DNA from: Catajapyx aquilonaris
Taxonomy: Eukaryota
Reading direction: 5' to 3'
Length of the DNA: 41,988 nt
Assembly (NCBI GenBank): GCA_000934665.2
Contig: KZ539144.1
Coordinates: 1-41,988, forward strand
Positions 1-12,200 of this stretch are shown piece by piece. The notes beneath the pieces were generated by a model. That model ran no database searches, was not told where the DNA came from, and saw only the letters and a program-made list of their open reading frames with translations. A program made the position numbers and the translations under genes. Within the stretch, counting starts at the first letter, position 1; each line of letters begins with the position of its first letter.

Positions 1-537
1 ACCCGCAATTACGCGCCTCCTGGGCGAAAACGGGCGTGGCGCCATATCTGAATTTGAAGAGTATGATCTCAGGGACATTTGTACCAAATTTCATGCTCTT
101 TTCACCAAATGCACGGTTGAATCCCTTAACGTCCGGACTAATTAGCCTACAAGAAATGGGTCTCGATGAGAAGTAATTTTAAAACTCAGAAAAAACCCTG
201 CTTTGTTGCACTTTTACTGTGGTAGAATCTGATTCTAACAAAAAAAGGTGACACAAGCAGTAGTGATGGGCATACTGATGTCCAGAAACTGTATGCTAGA
301 TTAGCTTTTCAATTTTTGTACTGGTAAGTTGGAATAGCCTACATCACAAAAAATGGAAATATTTTATGATTGTGAGAGCTTTGATCTCACCATTTTATGT
401 GTTAAATATTTGAAACATAATCTATGCAGATTTTCTGTTAAAAATCTGGGTCTTTGTAAAAAAAAACGAGAGAAACCCCAATTTTCCTAGGAAAAAACGG
501 AAAATCAGGTTTTCCCTGGCCTTTACAACACTAGCCC

Positions 538-657
538 TAACTGTGACAGTTTGGCCGAATCCGGGACAAATGGATGGCACTTGAAAATCAGGGACAAAGG
601 ATGAAAATTCGAGACTGCGTGACTGCCCCGGAAAATTCGGGATGTCTTGTCACGTTA
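538..657. mobile_element. Degenerate small hAT-like MITE remnant
   Basis: Imperfect terminal IR taactgtgaca ... tgtcacgtta, with internal repeated GGGAC/CGGGA motifs (ccgggaca, cagggaca, ttcgggat) resembling TAGGGTGACC-type hAT ends. No clear TSD. Confidence 0.3.
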
Positions 658-870
658 CAGTTATTTTCCATTTGGAATATATGACTTACATCATCCACCA
701 CATACAATATTTGCGAAGGTGCGGTTTTATACCTTAAAATAGCGGATTTGAACTATAGGCCTATATGTTTGAGGTCCGGGGGGAGGGGGAGGGGGGGGTA
801 ACCCCCCCCCCCCCNNNNNNNNNNNCCCCCCCCCCCCAGCCTCCCCCCTCCCTACGCCACTGCTAGGTTT

Positions 871-1030
871 GGTACTCTTTGGTACTCCCAGGTACTCCTC
901 GGTACTCTTTGGTACTCCTCGGTACTCTTTGGTACTCCTCGGTACTCCTCGGTACTCCTTGGTACTCCTTGGTACTCTTTGGTACTCCTCGGTACTCTTT
1001 GGTACTCCTCGGTACTCCTCGGTACTCCTT
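871..1030. repeat. Minisatellite, 16 x 10-bp unit GGTACTC(C/T)(T/C)(T/C/A)
   Basis: Directly visible tandem array of ggtactcctc / ggtactcttt / ggtactcctt. It produces the low-complexity ORFs at 727-1169. Confidence 0.97.
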
Positions 1031-1079
1031 GAATTTGGTACTCCGGTGTACACTTTTCAGTCGAGTGATTACCCCCTTG
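871..1079. mobile_element. Truncated copy (right end plus expanded internal array) of the CAAGGGGG-TIR MITE family
   Basis: 1021-1079 (ggtactccttgaatttggtactccggtgtacacttttcagtcgagtgattacccccttg) is near-identical to 1669-1727 of the complete element. No left TIR seen. Confidence 0.8.
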
Positions 1080-1579
1080 CAATCATGTTTCATGATGTCA
1101 TATAATCCGAACAGTATGCAGGACCGAAATGTGCGGCATAGATTTTTGAATGGGAGAAGCGATGGTTGAGGTGGACGTATAGATTACATGCGGTGTCAGA
1201 TATTTCCCACAACATGGGATGGAACACTCGGGAAACATGAGCATATGAAGAATCCAATTGCAAAAAGTCTTAAATTCACATGAATATGAACTGAGAGAAT
1301 CGACTTTTTTTCATTCCATGGTGAATATTTGAATTTCCCTCTGTAATTATTTCTGTAATAATTATCTGTGACATAATTTCATCACGATAGTTGAAATACA
1401 ATATGTCACTCAATATTTTTAAGCTATAAAATATTGAAATTGAGGATAAAATTCTTCGTTTCAAATGAATATAACTTAATACTTTTCTTTTTGCTTTTGC
1501 ACGATACTTCCACATGTCAAAGTTTCATGCTCTTTGTACTAAAATGATTGCTGTAACCGTTGTAGGTATTAGTGCCAAC

Positions 1580-1727
1580 CAAGGGGGGAATCACTTCGGT
1601 ACTCCGGTGTACACCTGGGAGTGGTACTCCCTGGTACTCCTCAGGCACCTCACTCTTTATTACTCCGTGGTACTCCTTGAATTTGGTACTCCAGTGTACA
1701 TTTTTCAGTCGAGTGATTACCCCCTTG
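1580..1727. mobile_element. 148-bp MITE with 8-bp TSD (hAT or P superfamily)
   Basis: TIRs caaggggggaatcact / agtgattacccccttg (1 mismatch in 16), flanked by the perfect direct repeat GTGCCAAC at 1572-1579 and 1728-1735. Contains dispersed GGTACTCC motifs. Confidence 0.88.
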
Positions 1728-2109
1728 GTGCCAACTGTATTAATTTTCATCACGTATGGGCATGGTTCATTTATTACCGCGTTTATAATTATTACTAAGC
1801 ACAGAAAAGCTTGAAGGCAAAAGGACCCTGCATCACAATAATTTGTTGTACTAATGAAATTTACTAATGAAGGAATTCAGACATTCTGCCCTTGCACGAG
1901 CGATGGAAATATATTGCAATTGACGTGCATTTTGTGAAGGTTTCATGAGAAGAAATTAGGGTTAATCTCCGATTGTGTGTTTAAAATACATAATTTGAGA
2001 TAAACTTCAATTTTCTTCTTAAATTCCGTTCACACTAACGGTCCTTTGAAACATTGCGATGCCGTTAGACTAAGTAGAGTGATCGATATTGTCACAACCC
2101 TCTATTTGA

Positions 2110-2352
2110 GGGGTGTGGTGGGAAAATGTGAAACCGACAAAAGTGTAATTTTTCAGGAGAGCGAATTGAAGTTTGCACTCTTATCACAAATAATAGTGAA
2201 TGCGGGTTTTTATCTAATCCATGTTGCCGTCTTGTGTATGATTCGTGAACTTATAGTATACCAACCTGTTTGTCAAGTCTTTTACTTAGTTGCTAGGTGT
2301 TCATGCCAAAAATGACAAAAATGTGGGTTGTCTCGTTTTTCCACCAGACCCC
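2110..2352. mobile_element. Probable old MITE (~243 bp)
   Basis: Imperfect TIRs ggggtgtggtgggaaaatgtgaaacc / ggttgtctcgtttttccaccagacccc. TSD not clear. Confidence 0.5.
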
Positions 2353-2618
2353 GCATTGTGACTTACTCTAGGACCAATTGTCTGGTAAATTGCACTGCAT
2401 CAACTCTAAACCACATATTGTAATGATGGCCTGCCTTCACGTACCTACCTTCCATCAAGGCAGAAATTAATAATTATGTACTACATAATCATGATGCAGC
2501 CACACCTCCGTTGGGGGGTCGTACAGTACAGGGTATTTGAATAATGCAAATAAGTATATAATTTGCTAATTTATTCAAAAGCCAATCTTGTGAACTCGAT
2601 TTTTTTTTCAATTTTCAG

Positions 2619-2822
2619 GGAAGCCTGTGCCCTCAGTGAACTGGTACCGCAACGGCGAGATTGTGGACAGCAGTTGGGTAGAAGCTCGAGAGAATGTAGT
2701 CCGAAACGACCTGACCTTACACCACCTGGGTCGGGGTGACCTCCACGCTGAACTGACATGTGAAGCATCCAACAACAACATCAGCCGAGCAGTCACAGCC
2801 ACGGTTCACGTCGACATGAACT
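2619..2822 (+). CDS. Internal coding exon (1 of 6 in window) of a Sidestep/nephrin-like Ig-superfamily gene; C-terminal part of an Ig domain
   Basis: Acceptor ttttttttcaattttcag|2619 and donor 2822|gtaagt; 204 nt, phase 1-1. Translates (G)KPVPSVNWYRNGEIVDSSWVEARENVVRNDLTLHHLGRGDLHAELTCEASNNNISRAVTATVHVDMN, with the Ig W and D-x-x-x-x-L-x-C motifs typical of Sidestep-family Ig2. Confidence 0.93.
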
Positions 2823-3370
2823 GTAAGTAAAGCGCAGTACTTTTTTCTCAAGAGTGTAAAGTACATGGTGTAGCCTAGTCCTCTATTCACATGAAGATAC
2901 TCTATTATGATCATGCACATGCAAACGAGAACCATCCTAGCCCTTTGCCAGTTGCCAACGGATACTAATTCAAAAGTAGGGGGAGATTATACAACAGGGA
3001 GCTTTTGAAAAGAGCTCTCCACGACCCTAATAATTCAGATCATTAGACGGTACCCGCACGGCACTTTTGAAGATTTAATTCCTAACTCCTTGCTTCCGTA
3101 GAGGAAAGTACGACAGTGAAGAGAGGGGATTATATTATTTAACAATAGGTATGAGAGTTTGGAAGGCCCACTTGAGATGATGATGCGTTTTAATTATATT
3201 ATTATACCTATCAGCTTCTGGGTTCATGTTTACAACAAATTTCGCTCTACATTTTGTCAACAACGGTACTATGACGAGAGCGTACGTATACTGCCATCGA
3301 CACTTAACATTGTCAGGTTATGAAGGGTTAAATATTTTCAAAATTCAATGTTATGCGTGCCAATAAAATA

Positions 3371-4078
3371 CAGGGTGATCGAAAAAGAATGCGCAGATTT
3401 TGAAACCTTATGACTCGAAAACTTGTAGACATGTCGAAATGATTTAAGTTTTGAAATGCTAATAAATGTCTAATGTTTTTGTCTTATCATAGGTTGTTTC
3501 GATATGAGCTCCATTTGTCTCTCGGAAAATGTAAATCGGTAATCGGTGCCGTGCAAACCCGCTCATGCATGTCTGGCGTTACCGTTGCGTTCTAATCTAG
3601 TAGGCGCTGGAGATGCCGAATCTTTCACCATACATGTATCTCCACAAAAAAGTCAATTGGGGTAAGATCTGGGCTTCTGGGAGGAGCTAGGCATAGGGAA
3701 ACTTCTCATTCCAGACTTCGCACACTGGGAGGCTGAACAAATGAAACTTTCCTACGGAAGATTTGTACTGTATCATGGATGCCGACTTTTTATGTGTTTC
3801 GTCAAGAATAATGTGTGTGGTGTAAAGACCTATCACCTCCAGCACCTACGGGATAGGATCGCAAGCGTAACTCCAGATATGATTGAGTGTGTTTGACACG
3901 AGACAGAATATCGTCTTTTTCATTTGCCGAGCGACAAATGAAGCTCGATTCGAATCGAAAGGTGAGACCAAAACTTTAGACCTTTCTTAGCATTTCAAAA
4001 CTTAAATCATCAAGATATGTCTACAAGTTTTCGAGTTATAAGGTTTCAAAACCCGCGCATTCTTTTTTGATCGCCCTG
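3371..4078. mobile_element. Non-autonomous Tc1/mariner derivative with ~230-250 bp inverted arms and transposase remnants
   Basis: TA|cagggtgatcgaaaaagaatgcgc ... gcgcattcttttttgatcgccctg. Minus-strand 3684-3646 reads PPRSPDLTPIDFF (Tc1/mariner WPPRSPDL motif). The arms encode the transposase C-terminus (VTPDM...TNGAHIE on the left arm minus strand; LRDRIASVTPDMIECV*HETEYRL on the right arm plus strand). Confidence 0.88.
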
Positions 4079-4272
4079 TTACAAGTATAATAGATGATCT
4101 GAAATGCACAAAGACTGAAGTCATATTTTGGTCAGAGTTCAGTTCAGTTAAGAGTTCTGTAGTACTAATGAAAGTTAACTTTCTGGTGAACAAGACAGTT
4201 ATCATCAACTACAATATGGAAAAAATATTTTAATCCCACAAAGTGACAGAGCCTATATATAATGAAATTATA

Positions 4273-4502
4273 CAGGGTGTTCCAAATTCGTGGGTCTTTT
4301 TAAATAGCTGATATCGCCCGTTAGTAGTTATTTTTGTAGCTTGTGCCCCTAACCAGGTGCCCCATTCTATAGCAACTGCTATATTCTACCCAGCTGGGAG
4401 TAATGGGGCACCTGGTTGTAGGAACACAACAAGCTACAAAAAACTACTATCTGGCGATATCAGCATGTTATACAAAACGACCCACGAATTTGGAACACCT
4501 TG
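4273..4502. mobile_element. 230-bp Tc1/mariner-type MITE (CAGGGTG ends, TA TSD), family copy A
   Basis: TA|cagggtgttccaaattcgtgggtc ... gacccacgaatttggaacaccttg|TA. Nearly the whole element is an imperfect hairpin (aaccaggtgcccca / tggggcacctggtt). Confidence 0.88.
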
Positions 4503-7500
4503 TATTATCAGTCTTTAATTCCTCACATCTCAAAGTCATTCCCATGATTGTAACTGTGATCGCTCTGCATTTCAAGTCTTCATTGATGGAAGTGGAATGA
4601 AGCACACTGAATTTCCATGTTGGTTTAAAAACACATGCAACTGTTGACTTTGCTCCCTTCAATTTTTAAAGCAAATGAATTTCATAAACCCTACTCCAAC
4701 ATGGAATTGTAAATCCGATTCTGACTTGTAAAATTCAGTGCTGGTATTTCAACATCTATTGTGAGCCAGACAGCTCAGTGTGAACATGGAAAGCATTTAG
4801 GAGGCCTCGATTAATATGGTCTGTCCGTGCTCCGACTGCTGGTCTGTCCCATGGTTGTTTCATCCAGAAGAGGAGTCTCCTTTCTCCACAAGCTTCATCA
4901 AAGCCACGAAAGGAGTGTGTTTACCCGCCCAGTGAATACTCCAGCCCGCCTTTTGTTGCTGGAAACAAACGTATCCCCCTTTTCTTTTCCGTGAGGGGGT
5001 TCAGAGCTCAGTGGAGGCTCCCAACTCTTCCCCAACGAGCTCAACCGGACCTCAGATGACAAGAGAAGAGCTCTTAAGCTTCTGTTCCGCATTCCCTTTT
5101 ATGGTTAAGTAGCCAGAGTTGCCAGGTAATGGCCCCCGGATTTGCCAAAGCACCAGTATAGCTACCCCACTTTTTCAATTTCGGAGATAAGTTAGTGTAG
5201 TGTTCTTTCTTACCAAATGAGATGCCGAGTGGGGTAGATTGTTAGGGAGGCTGTCAACAGGGACTTTTAGTGGACAGGCACCATGTACAGTGAGAGTTGT
5301 GGCAAAAAGGATTCACAGAGTTTTCAGCAGAGAGACTAACGCAGTGTGTGTTCCATACGAACTTACCAGTTGTATGAATGGAAGTTAATACAGACTATAA
5401 GAAAATATTGGTCATAGAGGAAACAATAGAAATCCAGTATAGTACATGCAGTCTTACTATTACTACATGACCATAAGGAGTGTTCAGTAATACCACCTGC
5501 CGGGCAAAATATGCTAATAATGGGTAAACGCCTGGAGTTGTTTTTGAGGCAATTTTAAACAATACACTGATAGGATAAATAGTTGGACCATGAAGTGATG
5601 GTATGCATTTTCTCAAAAAATTTAAGTTGTTCACGCTACGAGAAAAATCACTCTTGGACATGCTTCTATTAGGCTCTAATGACACGCTGCAGTGAATAAT
5701 AGGCGAATCATTCTGCTTTTCCTTGAAAATCTAAGCAAAATTGCAAGCCAGTTGCAAGCAATACAGGTTTTTATAGTAAGATATTTTTACAAATATTCTG
5801 GCATGGAGACATATTACACCCAACTGAGAGTAAGCAATTGTTGTGGGATTATGCCTCCCAAATCTGGTAAGGCTGGTAATTAGGCAAGCGGAGCATCAGT
5901 TGTGAAAGTGTTGTCTCACCATTTGTTGTGACGGAAGCTGTGCGATATTGTAAGGTCCACACTTAACATAAGATTTGTCTTTTTTTCGGCAGAGAACATT
6001 ATTTTTTACTTCCCGTTTTCAGATAGCTCTGATTTATTGAATGTGATTTGTTACGGGACATTCACATTTGCAGCCATTTTCATGAGTAGCAGCTAGATCG
6101 ATTCTTTCTATGAAAAATGCGTTCGTTTTTGGTCCAATTTTTTGAGCAATTGAAAATGATACAGAGACGCGAGAATTTTCTCTCTCGTTATCAACATATT
6201 TGGAAATTTAATGCCGGTATATGTTTATATAATTCCCTATGTTGCTTGTTAATTATTTATAAACTGCCAAGACCAAAATATAGTAGGCCCATAATTATTT
6301 ATTGCTCAGGTGTGAACAATATTAGTCACACATACTGTGGTAGTGCTTTGGCTGTGAAAGGCAATGCACCATTATGACATGCGAGTAATTTCATGTTTTG
6401 TGATCACAGTAACGGTAATGCAAGTGTGCATAAAATAATGTAAACGACATTGTTCAAATATTGTGGTGAAGAATACAATAGAATCCAATTACTGTGCATA
6501 GCCGAATGATCACAGATAATAATGAGAGACAACAGGATCTATTGACGACATTCAAACTTTGACACAAAAACAACCAAAAGCCATACACAAACCTTAGCAG
6601 TAATTAGGCAATTACCGCAGGCTATATCCTGGTGTAACTTTAAACTTTTAATCACATACCTTGAATTTAAAGGATCTTTCCGGACATGTATCATGAAAAT
6701 GTGCAATGATTTTTTTCAAAACTGTAGCTTTAAGTCCATAATTATATTGCCTAATATTTTCTACATTGATATGAAGTACGTACAGTATACGGTACATACT
6801 AATTAAGTGAAGGTCTTTTATACCGTTCCGCCTGTGTCTGTGATGTATAAAATGTAATTTCTACATTGAATAATGAATTATTATTTTTGGATTGAATGTT
6901 ATTTGTTTCTTTAGATTTAATTAATTCAGGTAGGAAAACGTAATACAACAGAAGGAAGTCGTTTAGGCTGTAATATAATGCTTTGTAAATTTGTCGATAC
7001 AAAGCAATGTTATTGCTCAGTCCTCTAAGTTTGCATGGCATATTGTTTACTCAAATGTGCACATAATTATGTCGCTCTCTGTACTCGTGTCATCTTCTAT
7101 TATTTTATTAACCAAGTTCCTGCATGATATCTCATATCTGTAGTGACATTAGGCTATAACTACTTATGGCTGTAATATTTCGTATTATGAATATTACACA
7201 TAAATCGTATAAATTTTACTTAATTTTCTTTTATACAACCGGACCTATACTCTCCTAGAAAAATTCAACATGCAGTTGACTGAGGACCAGTTTTTGCGAC
7301 AATGCTATTTCCTAGTTCAGCCTCAAAGGTGCTGGGGCCGATTCAAAGTGGTTGACCACGAAAGTTAGTAACACATGAATTTTTTTAACACTCTGGCAGC
7401 GTCGCATTCAGCAACGCAGAGTCTGTGCCAGAGTCGGCTTAGAATCGGCCACCGTTCCCACTACATTATTTTCATTAATTCGAAAGTTTCTTGAATGCGC

Positions 7501-8529
7501 CCGACTCAGTTGCCAAGCAAATGAAAATTAATAGTCCGAGTAAAATTCGCGTTAAGTCGCTAACCAAAACGTAGTGCAGAAAGGGAGGGAATTGCAGCAA
7601 TATGGTAGCCAAGAAGACTGCAACAAAAAAAAAAAACTTGTTGTTCTCCCTGACCCCCCAACCCTCGCCCAGTTTCGTTTTGTCAGCATTTGAGAAAAGA
7701 AAAGCCATCGCGCATGTAATAGTCGGAACCTTCGCCTAGTAAATTAGCTCGATACGTGGAGCCCATCAAGTCTCGATTTAATTTATCCGGACCGGCATTC
7801 ACCGAGTTTTACGACGGCAATCCTCTTCCATTCACCAGCAACACCCCACCTCTCCTCTTAANTTCTCTCTCCCTTTTATATACGCCCATTTCCTTTCCCT
7901 CGTCTTTAATGTAACGTTTATGAAACCCGGCAACAAAACAGGCGAGGACTGTTATGAATATTTATAAAAGTAGCAGGCTGTAAGCAACGAATCCGGTGGA
8001 AGGAAAGGTGGAACCGTAGTAGTGGCAGTCCATTCCAGGCTTTTCCTGGACCAAGCTGCGTTTTCCCCTGGGAATCCCTTCGTTTGTTTCGCCAGCCTAA
8101 TTGTCCTGCCGCTCTTCTCTTCCAAGCCCCATCGATCCTGCTTCATGAAGCACCCCCTCCACAACGACTACTACTCCTGGATGTAGTATGTTGGGGGAGC
8201 CTGCTGCATACATACGTACTGGGCGCTGCAGCTTCCACACACCAAACTGCACACGCTTTCATATTCAGGGGTTCAACACAGGAGGGGCACACTTTTCATC
8301 ATACTGTATAGTGTGGGATGTGGTTCAGGTTAATGTGCATGTAATATTGCATAATTATTTTTCAAGTGGAGGTGCTGGCTGGGAAAGGGATTCGTGGGTT
8401 GCTGCAGTTCCGTTTCTGGGAAATATGCGCAGGTGGTTTGCGCATGTTGGTGGAGCCATCTGTTGCTGGGGAGATCAATTGTATCAATTTTACAAGGATA
8501 ACATGGCAACATGACTTCCCATTGAAGTA

Positions 8530-8944
8530 CAGTGGAGCATCGATTATCCGAACAGAGTCTGCCAAGGGGGTGTTCGGATAACTGATTGTTCGGATAACCG
8601 ATAATTTACGGAAAAAAATTGTACCGGTGTCATAGGAGCAATATGAAACTAAGAAACAGTGATATTAATCACAAAACTGCACATTTTCTGTCACAGGCAC
8701 GTCTTAAAAATACTGTACATATACACTGTCCTTACATGAAGTAGTCCTACAGTTTAGGGGGGGGGGGGGNATGCCAATTTCTTTTGCTTGAGAGCCGAGG
8801 CTCGTTTTTTGGCGGCTAAATCTGCATCGCCACAGGACTAGCGACCACTAGCGGAACCGCATAGCATTTTTTTAGGCCGACCCGAAAACGTTCGATTAAC
8901 CGATGGTTCGGTTGATCGGTGTTCGGATAATCGATGCCCCACTG
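8530..8944. mobile_element. 415-bp pogo/Tigger-type MITE with TA TSD
   Basis: TA|cagtggagcatcgattatccgaaca ... tgttcggataatcgatgccccactg|TA (25-bp TIR, 1 mismatch), with internal repeats of gttcggataa. Confidence 0.9.
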
Positions 8945-8963
8945 TAGTTCCAATGATTGTGTA

Positions 8964-9203
8964 CAGGGTGTTCCAAGTTCCTGGGGCCTTTAGCATTTTA
9001 TATTTAGTCTATTGTTAGGGGCCTATAGGACTAAATTCAGCTTGTTGTGCCCCTAGTCAGTTGCCCTATTCTGTAGTCACTGCTACATTCAACCACCTGA
9101 TAGTACTGTGACACCTGGCTAGGAACAACAAGCTACACAAAAATAACTACTTCGGACAATACTAGTGATAACAAAATACGACCCACAAACTTGAAACCGC
9201 CTA
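8964..9203. mobile_element. Diverged second copy (B) of the 4273-4502 MITE family
   Basis: TA|cagggtgttccaagttcctgggg ... acgacccacaaacttgaaaccgccta|TA. Shares ttgtgcccct, aggaaca..acaagctac and aactac with copy A. Confidence 0.8.
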
Positions 9204-12200
9204 TATAAGAGAGTGAGTTGTTATTTTATTTCGTACAAGTCTAGATGGATTCTTCCATTCAACCAGTTAGTCGTAGAATGTCTTTTTTATCTATTCCTTA
9301 ACAGCAGCAATCCGTTCGAAAACTTATCATCAGGATATTTCGCTCCAAATATTGCTAACTATACTCTCGTCTAGAGCTAGACAGTTCTGTATAGGAACAC
9401 CTTCCATATCAGGTGCTTCTATAGGGCTTAGTAAATTGCTAAATTAGCTACTCCTGATGCCATTTCCAAGCCCCCTCTCGTTAAAAAAGGCTCCATTTAC
9501 GCCATAGCTGATCCTGCAGTTCTGTAATAGTGCTGAAAAGTTTTCAGCGTGCTTTTAATGGCCCCCAAGCCTAGTTGCGTATTTCTTTTTACTAAGCGGG
9601 CTTGTACATCACAGAATGAATAGGATGATGAAAAGTATCCTGTGGATCGGTGTCCGTTAGTGAGCGTTGAAACCTCCACCGCTGCGTGACTAGTTACAAT
9701 AAACCGCGTTCGTGCATGCCCAGACTCAATTACTTGGAGATGTCATGGAGTACCAAAGGCATTAATTGGCAAGCTCTATCTCAACATATGATGAGTCACG
9801 TGTTTATTATGGGCCGTAATTGCCTCATCGCTTTCTGAGTGCCGTTTGTTGCTGGTTCAATTTTACGACCAAGGAACAATATTTTGTATGGGCCAGAAAC
9901 TACTGGGAGACACACTTTCTGCAATATCTAGCATTGGGAAGGAGCTTAAAAAAATTCAGAGGACATCATGTAGCATTTCCCGGCAGCCTAAAGCGAAAAG
10001 TTTGTAATCCACTCTCCAACCTTCACTCCCACCCATCCTGTCAGATGTTGTTCCTTTAAGGTAATGGGTGTGGGTACACGGTTGTCAAAAAGCACTTCCT
10101 TTTCGCTGGAAAGTTGCTGGAGAAAAGGCTTAATTGTGCTTGGCAGTCGCGCTGGCCACGAGAAAAGCGACGGTGGATAATTTCCTTCAGATTCTCCCAT
10201 CCCGCCTTCCCCCACACTGCTGCTTGCCCTCATAGTCGGAGGGAGGGAGGAGGTAAAGATTTTTTGGAGTCTCAAACAGCAAAAGGGATGAACATGTTAA
10301 ATGAGTTCAAAAACAGAGTATTTAGTTTTTCCACATGCATTGGGGGGGGGGGGGGAAAAAAATTCTATTTTCCACTATTCCTACTACCTATTTAAACCAT
10401 TTATTGGAATTTCTAATAAACCAACAGCCTGACTTCGACATTGTTTACCTCTATAAGACGTGGTGCGGTAACAAGCTTTGTGTTGAAGCAACTCTATCAT
10501 TATCAGCAAGAATATTTAAATCGGGATCACTCTCCCAGCATCTCTACTTCCTTAGGGAGCCCCACAAAATGAACCCACGGGACGTCAGATCTCATTCCCT
10601 CATCCCTGCTGTTCCACAGGAGAAAAACAGGAGCTGGGGCAAGGCCTCCCGCACTCTGATTATTATTAAGGCTGCTATTGGGGAAGTGGAAGGTTTGGCG
10701 ACAACACATAGGCGAAATATGAACAGTTATGTGGGAAAGTAGGACAAGTCCATACACTTATTTTGATAGATGAATTTTCAATATTAACTGCCGGAAAAGT
10801 GTTTGTTGTACGTCATATAGGAATGCAGTTATAATACTTTGAGCACATAGAAGTAAGTGTATACTATAAATAACAAGGTTAGTGCCGCATACTCAATTTA
10901 ATTTGGAACACCCTATCCTCTCCATACCAGATGCGGACAGGCATGCGAGCGCCAAAAGCCCTACAAGCCCACTAAAATTGCACTTATTTATTAAAACATG
11001 TGAAAATTTCGACCAAAAATAGTTTTCTGTACCTCGCAGCATTTTTGGGTGTTTGAAGCATCCTGCTCACTTAATTCATCCCTGGGTTGGAAACAGGCAA
11101 GTTAATGAAGTGCTTCCAAATAGATCATAAATATTGCTACCCTAAAAATGTCGATGCAGGTCCACAGCACGATGAATATTTTTGGAGGCTGAAGAGCTCG
11201 TGAAATGCGTGCCATGTGCAGATGTAGTGGCTGGAGTAATCCAGGCTATGAAAGAGCTGGATTCGTCGCACTAAAAAATGTGTGCATACTTGTTAGCCAC
11301 AAAACTGATTAATTACGAGGCTTGACTCGCATGACGTATGTGCATCTGCAATATGTCGATGAGTCTAAGTGGCGCAAATTGAAAATGATTTCCGGATCAC
11401 AGTGGGACGACATTATTATTGCCACGTATTTGTCGCGTTACACAGAGTATCGGATATCCTTTTTGGCAGGAGAATTATTGTGACACGGCGACAATCCGGA
11501 ATCGATGCTGCTATAATGAGTGATTTTTGAAGTGAACCTGATCGTGAATATATTTCGCAAAAATGTTGGGACTGCTCCCTTTAAAGGTATGCAGTATTTG
11601 AAAAAGACTGTCTCGGGGAATTGAGCGGATGAAAATCAGAGCTTATCTTTGCTCGACGAAAATGGTAACATAGTAATGTGTGTGATGAAGCTTAATCCCA
11701 TAAAGTTTGCAAAGTTATAATGAAAAATCAATGGATAAAATTAGGCAGTGTAAACCTCGCATATACCGCTGTGGTTAATTACATTGGAAGTGAGGAAGAT
11801 TGGAAACACAGCCGATGCCACCTTTTCCATTTAGGAAGCCTGTGTTCAATCAGTTGGGCCTTTGCGAGCATAATTATTTCGCGCCTTTACAGAATATGCA
11901 GCTTGGGATAATGGCCTTATGCAAATACACAGGGCGGTACTTTCATATTTTTTTAAAAATATTCCTGCAGTCAAATTGTATTTGTCACTGCGGTTTGGTT
12001 TAATATCTGTCCGTTTTTTTACTGAGTCTATGATGTGTGTCAGTACGTTTATCTATATTCTATACAGTAACACGTCTTATCCTGCCCCCCTTGAACTAGG
12101 AATTTGGGCATTGTTCTACTATCACCCTAGATATGTGTGCAGACGACACAAATTAATTACCTTGATGCTAATTCCGAGGGCACATCTGCACGCATAAAAG

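Noticed and set aside
1..533. Probable transposon right ends (...gtccggacta at 131-140; ...tttacaacacta at 522-533 after AAAACC-like repeats)
   Set aside because: Partner termini and TSDs are not visible in the window, so no element can be delimited.
778..850. Poly-G/poly-C runs with N gaps (also near 8760, 18900, 33690) as special structures
   Set aside because: These are homopolymer-associated short-read assembly gaps, so true lengths and content are unknown.
871..1030. CRISPR-like array
   Set aside because: Units are contiguous 10-mers with no unique spacers, there are no cas genes, and the context is a eukaryotic intron.
727..1814. Repetitive ORFs (STEEYRGVP / GTPRYSLVL repeats)
   Set aside because: They are translations of the 10-bp minisatellite and the related MITE, open on both strands in several frames. 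Not genes.
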